From IMG/VR virus record IMGVR_UViG_2778261570_000016: a stretch of 27,732 bases of DNA; one strand, 5' to 3'. The notes beneath the pieces were generated by a model. The model had not been told where the DNA came from. It did no database searches and saw only the letters and a program-made list of their open reading frames with translations. The DNA comes from a virus (Duplodnaviria; Heunggongvirae; Uroviricota; Caudoviricetes). Made by a program: the position numbers and the translations under genes. This document shows positions 16,489 through 24,653 of the stretch, piece after piece (the stretch's first letter is position 1; every line of letters begins with the position of its first letter).

Positions 16489-18451
16489 TCAGATGCCAGT
16501 TCTGACACTGGACGTTAATGAAGAACACCTTAAGCGACTTGAGGCGATATTTGAAAAGTATCGCAATGGGCTGATGATTGGCCCTGCGGGGACGCCGCTT
16601 AAAATACCTTCAAATACAGGTCCAGGAGGTGGCACGCAGCAGGCAACCGCGGGCGGAGAAGCCAATCAGGCTCCCAGGAAACCATCTTCACCTGCGCCCA
16701 CCGATGGACGTTTAAGGGATGAAAAAGGGCGCTTTGTCGGTAGCGGAAAAACACCTGATTCGCTGGTGAGCAACTATAAAGGTCGCGGCGAAACGATGTT
16801 TGATAAGTACCTCAACGGGCTGGGTAAAAACGCTCAGGGGACGCTGAAAACTTACAAACAGATCAATTCAACGCTTAAAACGACTAATTCCCGGTTAAAA
16901 AGCCTGTTTAAAACCACGGTTTCGTGGGGGGCGAAAATAGCTGCAATAGGGGTTGCGGGGCCGTTTGGCTACGGCTATATGGCAAGTAAAGTCGCAGCAC
17001 AGTATAGCGTGGCTCAGGGGTTAGGGATGGAAACCGCCCAAATGCAGGCCGCACGTGCCACCTATTCGCCATATTTTTCTGGCACAGAAGAACTGGTTCA
17101 GCATCTGGCGAACGCACAGAAAAATCCAAACGATCCAAACTATGCTGGTCTGGTTAGTCTTGGAATTGATCCGCGAGATGGTGCAGCAAAGAATCTGCCC
17201 AAACTTATGAGTGCGCTTGCATCTCTAGTTAAGCAATATAAAGGTTCAGGACTTACTCAGGGGATTCTCAACGGACAAGGACTTGGATTTGTTGATGTCG
17301 CGACAACTAACCAGGTGGAAGCGAATCTGGACAAGATCCCCCAACTGAATGAGAAATTTGCAGCAAATACCCGGTTACTCGGCGCTTACCTCACGCCAGC
17401 TATGCAGTCAGGTTATCAGGACACGGTGAGTAACCTGATGGTAAATGGAAACAGAATATCAAATTCCTGGTATGCAGCTCTCGCCAGATATAACCCACTA
17501 ATCAGAGGTGCATCAGATGGACTGACATCCAATATTGAAGGTTTTCTGAATGGTGGAAATTTTAAAAAAATTCTCACTGAGGCTGGCGAAGGGCTGGAGA
17601 AACTTGGTAAGTGGCTGAATAGCGAACAATTTAAAAATGATCTTGACGATTTTTCTCTGGCGGTGAGTCGGATTGCAAAAGCAATATGGTCAGCTATCAA
17701 ATGGATCGGTGGGGGAGATAAATATCTCCCCGGAACCGGAGTTGGTGCTGAACAGGCAGATCCAGTTCTTGCGGCATTTGGGAATAAATATCTCGGTGGT
17801 GCGTTGCCGGGAGCAAACCCGATGACAAATCAGTATACGGGTGAGTTTTATAAACAGGATGATGTATATAAAAATTACCGTATGCCTAATGATTTAAAGA
17901 GAAATATTCAGAACTTTGTAGAGCAAACCAATAATACTTATCGACTTCCTAAAAATATGATGTCAGCTATCGCGGAGGTTGAATCTTCGTGGAATCCTCT
18001 GGCAAGAGGAACTCCAGATGAAAAAGGTAGATTCGCTAAGGGGTTGTGGCAATTCTGGGATAGCACCGCAAAACAGTATGGTCTGGTGGGTGATGATGTT
18101 TATGACCCAAATAAATCCACTCTTGCGGCTGGCCGCTTTTTAAATGATCTGAATCGGCGTTATAAAGGCGATGTGGCAAAAATGCTTACGGCATATAACG
18201 GAGGTCGTATTGATAGAGATGGAAATCTAAGTTTGAGAATGGAGACTGTAAAATATTTAATTAAATTATTGCCTCAGATACAGGGAGCCTTGGATCAACA
18301 CCCTGGTATTATGAATCAGCTAAGAAATGCCAGAGATAACCTTCAGGGTGCTGGCAAAAATGCCCGCGCAATAATTGAGCTTCAGGTGCGACAATCGCCG
18401 GGTTCCGACATACTGGCACAACTCGCCGGAACGCAACAAATACCGGGGTAA
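16478..18451 (+). CDS. Tail tape measure protein with C-terminal lytic transglycosylase (SLT) domain
   Basis: 657 aa directly after the chaperone pair; C-terminal region has SLT-type motifs (AEVESSWNP with catalytic Glu-Ser, GLWQF, AYNGG); N-terminal Gly/Pro-rich and helical stretches. Confidence 0.7.
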   Translation: MSGNQMPVLTLDVNEEHLKRLEAIFEKYRNGLMIGPAGTPLKIPSNTGPGGGTQQATAGGEANQAPRKPSSPAPTDGRLRDEKGRFVGSGKTPDSLVSNYKGRGETMFDKYLNGLGKNAQGTLKTYKQINSTLKTTNSRLKSLFKTTVSWGAKIAAIGVAGPFGYGYMASKVAAQYSVAQGLGMETAQMQAARATYSPYFSGTEELVQHLANAQKNPNDPNYAGLVSLGIDPRDGAAKNLPKLMSALASLVKQYKGSGLTQGILNGQGLGFVDVATTNQVEANLDKIPQLNEKFAANTRLLGAYLTPAMQSGYQDTVSNLMVNGNRISNSWYAALARYNPLIRGASDGLTSNIEGFLNGGNFKKILTEAGEGLEKLGKWLNSEQFKNDLDDFSLAVSRIAKAIWSAIKWIGGGDKYLPGTGVGAEQADPVLAAFGNKYLGGALPGANPMTNQYTGEFYKQDDVYKNYRMPNDLKRNIQNFVEQTNNTYRLPKNMMSAIAEVESSWNPLARGTPDEKGRFAKGLWQFWDSTAKQYGLVGDDVYDPNKSTLAAGRFLNDLNRRYKGDVAKMLTAYNGGRIDRDGNLSLRMETVKYLIKLLPQIQGALDQHPGIMNQLRNARDNLQGAGKNARAIIELQVRQSPGSDILAQLAGTQQIPG

Positions 18452-18454
18452 AAG

Positions 18455-19123
18455 ATGTCACTTAATTACTTTGGGCAGGCTTTCAAACTGGCGTTTGAAG
18501 TATCGCCCATTCTTTTAGTTGATGGCATAGCGTCGAAAATTCCCGGCGGGGTGATGCCGATTGCTGTTTTGACCGAAGGCCTAAGCATTGCGAATGGTCT
18601 GCTGCATGGAGAGATTCATACACGCTCGATGGCGGCATTTACCCCGATGGCGGGGACAACGTTAGTCCAGCAGGATATTTGCAACCTGAATTTCTATAAC
18701 CAGGTAACGGCAGCGAATGCGACCGTCAGGAAGCCTAACCGGGTAGTCATGCAGATGATCCGTCCGGCATCTACGGAGGACGGTGGCTACACCACGAAGG
18801 GAATGACGTTCACGGCGCTGAAAATGGCGCTTGATATGCATAACCAGTATGGCGGTTGCTACACCGTTCTGACTCCCTCGTTTATCTACACGCGCTGCCT
18901 GATGCGGTCGTTTGTCGATACCTCCGGCTTCTCTGAGCAGAACAAGCAGGTTCAGCACACCTGGCAGATTGAGTTTGAGCAACCATTGTCGTCTGTCGAA
19001 CAAACAGTAAAGACGCTGGCGAGCGTTCTGGATAAATTTGATAAAGGGATGCCGTCAGACGGGCCGCTATCGTGGTCAGGTATTAAGAACCAGGTCGTGC
19101 AGGAGTTTGGTATTGGCTTATGA
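18455..19123 (+). CDS. Hypothetical tail/baseplate protein (222 aa)
   Basis: Position after the tape measure; tightly packed with neighbours. Confidence 0.45.
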   Translation: MSLNYFGQAFKLAFEVSPILLVDGIASKIPGGVMPIAVLTEGLSIANGLLHGEIHTRSMAAFTPMAGTTLVQQDICNLNFYNQVTAANATVRKPNRVVMQMIRPASTEDGGYTTKGMTFTALKMALDMHNQYGGCYTVLTPSFIYTRCLMRSFVDTSGFSEQNKQVQHTWQIEFEQPLSSVEQTVKTLASVLDKFDKGMPSDGPLSWSGIKNQVVQEFGIGL

Positions 19124-19386
19124 CAACGTTAATTCCTTTCAAACCTGACGGGCGAGGTCCGTTTCAGTTCACGGCCAGAATCGGAGAATATGAAACATTC
19201 GCCCGCGTTCCGTTTAATCTGTATGCAAATCGTTACTACCTGGAACTGAAAGACAGTTCTGGCGACGTGATTGTGTACACCCCCCTAATTGCTTCCCCTG
19301 ATGGTTACGACATCAATCTGGCGCTTCCATTTGCTCCGGGAAAGCTCATTTTTCGCGAAAGTACTAATCAGTTTGAGGTTTCGTAA
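19120..19386 (+). CDS. Hypothetical small tail/baseplate protein (88 aa)
   Basis: ATGA overlap upstream and TAATG overlap downstream. Confidence 0.45.
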   Translation: MTTLIPFKPDGRGPFQFTARIGEYETFARVPFNLYANRYYLELKDSSGDVIVYTPLIASPDGYDINLALPFAPGKLIFRESTNQFEVS

Positions 19387-20393
19387 TGCGCTATTACCGA
19401 CTGGAAATCATCAATCCTAAAACAGGCAAGCCGCCAGTGGATTGCAACGGTAAACCTATCGGGCCTTTTGATACCAGTAAAACCCCCGGGTGTGGGCTAC
19501 ATGTTGAATTTGACGTGGAGGTAGCGGGTCTTGATGTAGTGAATTCAGGAACGATGCTCACAATATACGGTTTGCCTATCGACATGCTGAAGCAAAGCGT
19601 GAGTTTGCAGGGGTGTCTGGTCCGTATGAAAGCGGGCTTTGTTGAGGGATTGCCTTTGGCAAATCCACAGCAACAGGGTGAGGTTATTTATGGCGAAATT
19701 TATCTGGCCTATGCCAACTGGATCGGCACGAACCAGACCTTAAACCTGGTAATAAATCCAACCGTACGCAAAACAGATGATGGTAAACCGTTCTCTATCG
19801 AGGGGGATGGGCTTAAAGGGGAAAAGGTTGGTGATGTAATCTCCCGTGCGTTGCAAAAGGCATTTCCGAATAAATTGATCGATTGTACCGTCAGTGACAG
19901 TCTCGTTTTGCCAGAGCCGTGGACGGGCAAATATACGGAGATTGGTTCTCTGGCTATGGTCGTAAAAAACGCCTCTATTGCGATGATGCGTAATGAAAGG
20001 TATAGCGGAATCGCCATCAGTATTCTTTCCGACAGAATACGAATCTACGATAACGCATCGGCAAAGTGGGGTGAGCCAAAAACAATTCATGCCCATGAAC
20101 TGGTCGGGCAGCCGACATGGATAGCGCCGTTTACCGTCAGCTTCAAATGCCCTATGAGGGGCGATATCAGATGTGGTGATGTGGTTAAACTGCCGGAGGG
20201 GCTATATTCAGGCGCTGCGTCGATTGTGATGGCTAATACAACGGCACCCAGCGTTATCGCAAAAAATTCGACCACGTTTACCGGGAAATTTCTTGTGAAA
20301 TCAGTCAGACACATTGGTTCGTATCTGACAGCCGATGGCGATGCCTGGGTGACGGTATTTGAGGCATATGCTGAGAACTGGGCGAGGGTGTAA
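19386..20393 (+). CDS. Putative baseplate hub protein
   Basis: 335 aa immediately upstream of the spike-like gene; order resembles Mu/P2-type baseplate modules. Confidence 0.4.
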   Translation: MRYYRLEIINPKTGKPPVDCNGKPIGPFDTSKTPGCGLHVEFDVEVAGLDVVNSGTMLTIYGLPIDMLKQSVSLQGCLVRMKAGFVEGLPLANPQQQGEVIYGEIYLAYANWIGTNQTLNLVINPTVRKTDDGKPFSIEGDGLKGEKVGDVISRALQKAFPNKLIDCTVSDSLVLPEPWTGKYTEIGSLAMVVKNASIAMMRNERYSGIAISILSDRIRIYDNASAKWGEPKTIHAHELVGQPTWIAPFTVSFKCPMRGDIRCGDVVKLPEGLYSGAASIVMANTTAPSVIAKNSTTFTGKFLVKSVRHIGSYLTADGDAWVTVFEAYAENWARV

Positions 20394-21106
20394 TGTCAAA
20401 CGCTCAAAAATTACCGTTTCTCCGAACGCTGTCGGAGATGATGACCAGTTCTGGTAACCAGCAAGCCGAGCTTAAAGGGCGCGAATTGCCCTGCCATGTT
20501 GTCGATGTCAGTGGGCAGATAGTGACCGTTCAGTTTGATATGTTGCCAGAGGGGATCAACTTTCCGCAGATAACAATCCCTGTCGCCACATTCCCGTATA
20601 TTCGTTACCCGATACAGCCGGGCGATCGAGGAGTAACAATTGCCGCTGATGTATCCCTGCGCGGTGTGTCCGGATTGGGAACCGGTATGGCGACGCTCTC
20701 TTACTCGATGTCGCTCACTCCACTGTTTTTCGTGCCACTGGCAAACAAGGACTGGTCCGACGAAGATCCGCAAAAAATCGTTTTGTACGGTCCGGATGGC
20801 GCGATCCTCAAAACAGAGGACGGCAGTAGCTCGGTAACTGTGGCACCGGAAGAAATCAGGCTAAAGTCGAAAGCTGTTTACCTCGAGGCCGAAGATATCT
20901 TCATGAACGGGAAAATTCACCTCAACGGACCGATCGTCCAGGACAAAGCCCAGATGAAGGATACAACCGCTTCGCTGATTGGTCCTCTCAAGGTCGAGAA
21001 AGATGCAGTTATCAACGGCGTGAGCGCCAGCGGTCACAGTCACGATGTGACTGGGGTTCAAAGCGGCAACAGCACGATCACGTCGAAGCAACCAAATCCG
21101 GGTTAA
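20393..21106 (+). CDS. Putative baseplate central spike (gpV / Mu gp45-like)
   Basis: 237 aa; C-terminal HxH motif (SGHSHDV) of the kind that coordinates a metal ion at the apex of P2 gpV / Mu gp45-type spikes; followed by a strong terminator. Confidence 0.5.
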   Translation: MSNAQKLPFLRTLSEMMTSSGNQQAELKGRELPCHVVDVSGQIVTVQFDMLPEGINFPQITIPVATFPYIRYPIQPGDRGVTIAADVSLRGVSGLGTGMATLSYSMSLTPLFFVPLANKDWSDEDPQKIVLYGPDGAILKTEDGSSSVTVAPEEIRLKSKAVYLEAEDIFMNGKIHLNGPIVQDKAQMKDTTASLIGPLKVEKDAVINGVSASGHSHDVTGVQSGNSTITSKQPNPG

Positions 21107-21136
21107 TACCGGCTCACTTTAAATTACATCCATAAA

Positions 21137-21178
21137 GCGAAAGCCCCGGCTGCTGGAACAGTTCGGGGCTTTTTGTAT
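21137..21178 (+). terminator. Rho-independent terminator, near-identical to the one at 1336-1375
   Basis: AGCCCCGG-ctgctggaacagt-TCGGGGCT followed by TTTTTG; about 19 nt of stem and loop identical to the terminator after the lysis genes. Confidence 0.7.
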
Positions 21179-21215
21179 CAACAGAACAGTATTTGTAATG
21201 GCATGGAGATTACTC

Positions 21216-21413
21216 ATGCAACCAAATTCTAGCGCACCTAAAGATAAATTTGGAGACGATTTGATGATTAAGGCTGAGACAACCCCGCAAGGGGCTGATA
21301 AGGCTGCGAGAATAATCGCAGTATGTCGGGGGATTCGGCATATTCTGACTCCAGTAGCGTGGATCATTTGCACCGCTCTGGTTACCGGTACCCTAATTTA
21401 CTTGAAAGGTTGA
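21216..21413 (+). CDS. Small membrane protein (65 aa)
   Basis: C-terminal hydrophobic helix (ILTPVAWIICTALVTGTLIYL); start ambiguous between 21198 and 21216. Confidence 0.35.
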   Translation: MQPNSSAPKDKFGDDLMIKAETTPQGADKAARIIAVCRGIRHILTPVAWIICTALVTGTLIYLKG

Positions 21414-21416
21414 CGC

Positions 21417-21764
21417 ATGAGAACATGGGGCCGCGTCACCGACGCGAACGGCAACAAAAAATGGGTTGCAGTAGAGTCAGACGCCAGCGGTGATTTCTCC
21501 TACGGCTGGCTGACGACGCTCATTCAGACGTTAAAGCTGGGGTTGGGGGAGTCGCCGTTTTACGCGAATTACGGTATTCCTGCGCAGCAGTGCATCGTGC
21601 AGCAGATTTACCCAGACTACTATGTGAACATGGTTCAGCAACAGTTTGCCGGGTATTTTGCATCATTGGCAATTTCAAAGGTAGATGGGGCAGAGAACCC
21701 CACCTATAACATCGATGTTGTGTTTTTTAATGGGACCAGTTACCGGACGCAGGTTCCGGTTTGA
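21417..21764 (+). CDS. Putative baseplate wedge protein (gp25 / GPW-like)
   Basis: 115 aa; size and position upstream of the gpJ-like gene; loose pattern match (LIQTLKLGLGESPFYANYG) to gp25-like proteins. Confidence 0.4.
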   Translation: MRTWGRVTDANGNKKWVAVESDASGDFSYGWLTTLIQTLKLGLGESPFYANYGIPAQQCIVQQIYPDYYVNMVQQQFAGYFASLAISKVDGAENPTYNIDVVFFNGTSYRTQVPV

Positions 21765-22228
21765 GGCAAGCTTTCGGGCATCAGTTGGGCCAGTGGCGTG
21801 TTAAGAAGTTCATCGCGTGGCATGACAATCCATCCACTTTTGCGTAGTAAGTGAATTGCCCATTCTGTGGTTATAACTGAGCCTGATTTGTGGTGCTCAA
21901 TGTGGGTAACCGAGCCGTTTCTGACGCGCATGATGATGTCAACATTCAGAGGGGGTTGTGTGCTGGTGGTATCCTCGCGCAGCTTCTTCTCGCACTCGAT
22001 GAAGTATCGGCGGATCTGGCGGCCTTTTTCGTTGCGCTCGACCATTGCCAGCTCTTTGGCGGTGTCCAGGGTTAGGTGGTAGTCTTTAGCTGGTCTGCCT
22101 CTACCGATTTTTTCCCGATTTTGGGAAATAATCAAAAAGTCCTGATTTTCTACGAATTCATACTCGCTGATTCGCTCGGTGATCCATGTAGCAAAGCGTT
22201 TACCTACTTCGAGAAAGGCGTGCATCAT
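21740..22228 (-). CDS. Putative antirepressor (AntA/AntB family)
   Basis: N-terminal HAFLEVGKRFATWITERISEYEFVENQDF and GRPAKDYHLTLDTAKELAMVERNEKGRQIRRYFIECEKKL resemble the conserved blocks of phage Ant-type antirepressors; only minus-strand module in the window; 3' end overlaps the convergent gene by about 25 nt. Confidence 0.65.
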   Translation of the reverse strand: MMHAFLEVGKRFATWITERISEYEFVENQDFLIISQNREKIGRGRPAKDYHLTLDTAKELAMVERNEKGRQIRRYFIECEKKLREDTTSTQPPLNVDIIMRVRNGSVTHIEHHKSGSVITTEWAIHLLRKSGWIVMPRDELLNTPLAQLMPESLPQTGTCVR

Positions 22229-22246
22229 AAATATTACCGCCTGATT

Positions 22247-22795
22247 TTACATGTTTTCTTTACAGGAATTGATTGCAGCCTTATATGCTTCAGGGAGGCC
22301 ATCTAATGGGAAGAATATTTTTTGTGGTTTTTCTTTGCTTTCAGCTGGCGGAGTATACCAAAAAGAAAAACTACCTTTCCCTTTAGCTTTTAACAAATCA
22401 CTAATCTTTAATGAGCTAATAGGACTGAACAAGTAACCTTCATTGATAGATGGGGTTGTTATAGAGTCCTGCTTTTGTTGTCCACTGATTTTATAGCTTA
22501 CAGGAAGGAACGGTGGTAAATCCATTTGTTTATATCCAATAAAATGATTGACAGTAACATCACCGGGCTCACATTGAGTTAACGGTGATATATCAATAAA
22601 TAAAGTTGATTTATCCTGCGGCAATTTGGATTCAACACCAATACGATAAGCCATAGTGGTAGGCATGGTAAACTCAGCATAATACCATTTACCGAACTGT
22701 TGAATGTCATTCATTCTCTCTGTGGCATCAATTGCATGAGAAACACCAGAAAATAGCAGTGAGCTAATCAAAATCCCTAATGAGTTAAATTTCAT
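22247..22795 (-). CDS. Secreted protein of unknown function (AT-rich moron)
   Basis: Signal peptide MKFNSLGILISSLLFSGVSHA with an A-x-A type cleavage site; AGAGGA RBS; gene body visibly AT-rich relative to flanking genes; 18 nt upstream of the antirepressor on the same strand. Confidence 0.6.
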   Translation of the reverse strand: MKFNSLGILISSLLFSGVSHAIDATERMNDIQQFGKWYYAEFTMPTTMAYRIGVESKLPQDKSTLFIDISPLTQCEPGDVTVNHFIGYKQMDLPPFLPVSYKISGQQKQDSITTPSINEGYLFSPISSLKISDLLKAKGKGSFSFWYTPPAESKEKPQKIFFPLDGLPEAYKAAINSCKENM

Positions 22796-22816
22796 AAAAT
22801 CCTCTTGAGATTAATT

Positions 22817-24043
22817 ATGTCAGAAATACCAATTACTATGACCAGTGCGGGTGCGCAGCCTACGCCACCCAATGATTTGCTCGCGAATCTTATCACCAGA
22901 GTTGCCGAAAAAGTACCTGGATATACAGCCAACCTTCCGGCGGGGCTTATTACAGACCTTGCCAGCACGGCTGTCGGGGCGCTGGCATTAATAGACCAGG
23001 CGCGGGTTGATCTTATTAACTCCGTAAGCCCATACGGCGCGAATATTCCGTTACTGATGCAACTCGGAAACATTTATGGAGCACAGAAGGGATTAAGTAC
23101 AAATACGGCTGTATACGTGGTGTTTGAGGCGTTGCCGGGGTTTGGTATCCCTAAAGGGTTTGTGGTTGGTGACGGTAACTACCAGTATGCAGTTTCCCGC
23201 GATACGGTGGTACCGGAAAGCGGGCAGACTGAGCCAGTCTACTGTGTGGCCACAACGTCAGGCTCATGGGCTGTACCGGAAGGGACCGTAACGCAGGTCA
23301 TTACATCAGTACCCAAAGACCAGCCTGTAAAATGCACGAACCTTACCGCAGGTATGCCCGGTCAGGAGGCGCAGACATGGGCATCTTACCGCGCCGAAGT
23401 CATGGAGTCCGGCATGTTTGGTGTGCAGGGAACACCGGATTGCTTTAAAGCGATGCTCAAATTAGTAAGCGGTGTGCGAGAAAACCTGATTTCTTTCCGG
23501 CAGTCGTCGCTGGGGAAATGGGTTGCGGTTGTTGGTGGCGGTGATCCGTATGACGTGGCTTATGCGATTTACAAATCTGTACCGGATATTTCGAAACTGA
23601 CCAACGATGTAAGCAATCCATCCGGTGCGGCAGTGGAAAAACGCACGGTTTCAATAACCGTTTCGCCGGACGTTTATCAGGTGCCGTTCGTTATCCCGTC
23701 ATCACAAAACGTCATGGTGCTAATCACCTGGAACACGGTGTCTGATGATTATGTTGATCCGGCGGGTATTGCTATGGCAGTGCAACAAAACGTTGCTGAT
23801 TACATCAATTCTATTGAAGTCGGTCACCCGATAAATCTGCTGCGTATCCAGGATATTTTTACCAGTTCTGTCAGGTTGCTGGTTGATGCGACGTTGATCT
23901 CAACAATCAGTGTGAGCATTGGCATTAACGGCCATATTGTTCTTCCGGCGAAAGACACAAGCCTGGTTTATGGCGATACCTATTCCTATTTTTCAACGGT
24001 GGCATCACAGGTTCAGGTCAACAAGTATGCAATATCTGACTGA
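22817..24043 (+). CDS. Baseplate wedge protein (gpJ / Mu gp47-like)
   Basis: About 408 aa; position immediately upstream of the gpI-like and tail fibre genes. Confidence 0.55.
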   Translation: MSEIPITMTSAGAQPTPPNDLLANLITRVAEKVPGYTANLPAGLITDLASTAVGALALIDQARVDLINSVSPYGANIPLLMQLGNIYGAQKGLSTNTAVYVVFEALPGFGIPKGFVVGDGNYQYAVSRDTVVPESGQTEPVYCVATTSGSWAVPEGTVTQVITSVPKDQPVKCTNLTAGMPGQEAQTWASYRAEVMESGMFGVQGTPDCFKAMLKLVSGVRENLISFRQSSLGKWVAVVGGGDPYDVAYAIYKSVPDISKLTNDVSNPSGAAVEKRTVSITVSPDVYQVPFVIPSSQNVMVLITWNTVSDDYVDPAGIAMAVQQNVADYINSIEVGHPINLLRIQDIFTSSVRLLVDATLISTISVSIGINGHIVLPAKDTSLVYGDTYSYFSTVASQVQVNKYAISD

Positions 24044-24653
24044 GAAAATTCTCCCTGCTTATCCATTTGTGCAGTACAGAGATGATCCGAATGTTGTTGC
24101 GTTCTTTGATGCATACAATGAAATTGCTCAGGAATACCTCGATTCACTCAACAATCTGGCATTACCATGCTGGACATCGGAATCAATAACCGGGCAATTG
24201 CTGGACTGGATTGCACTCGGGATTTATGGCGTTGAAAGGCCTTTACTACAGGTTTCCGAGGAGGCTATTGCACGCGGCGCATACGATACCATTGAATACA
24301 ATACGATCCCGTATGCAGCAATGCGGAATTATGTTCCGGGGCAGGCATCGTATGTACCTGATGATTATTTCAAACGAATATTAACGTGGAATTTTTATAA
24401 GGCTGACGGTTCGCATTTCTGCATTGACTGGTTAAAGCGCCGTGTGGCGCGGTTCATTCATGGAAAAAACGGAATAGACCCGCCATTGCAGCACACTTTT
24501 GATGTGAGCGTGACTGTATCGGACAGCGTTTTTTCTGTTCAGATACCAGAATATGGTGATGGTATAGGCTATTTTCTGAAAGATGCCATTGACCAGAAAT
24601 ATGTAAAACTCCCTTTTATTTATTCCTATGTAACAACGGTGATTCAAAAATGA
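24027..24653 (+). CDS. Tail/baseplate protein (P2 gpI / Mu gp48-like)
   Basis: About 208 aa between the gpJ-like and tail fibre genes; ATG at 24027 chosen over the longer frame start at 23919. Confidence 0.5.
   Translation: MQYLTEKILPAYPFVQYRDDPNVVAFFDAYNEIAQEYLDSLNNLALPCWTSESITGQLLDWIALGIYGVERPLLQVSEEAIARGAYDTIEYNTIPYAAMRNYVPGQASYVPDDYFKRILTWNFYKADGSHFCIDWLKRRVARFIHGKNGIDPPLQHTFDVSVTVSDSVFSVQIPEYGDGIGYFLKDAIDQKYVKLPFIYSYVTTVIQK

Noticed and set aside
22229-22860. Looked for a LexA (SOS) box CTGT-N8-ACAG controlling the antirepressor/moron operon
   Set aside because: No match found by eye in the short spacer upstream of the antirepressor or upstream of the secreted-protein gene; regulation remains unknown.
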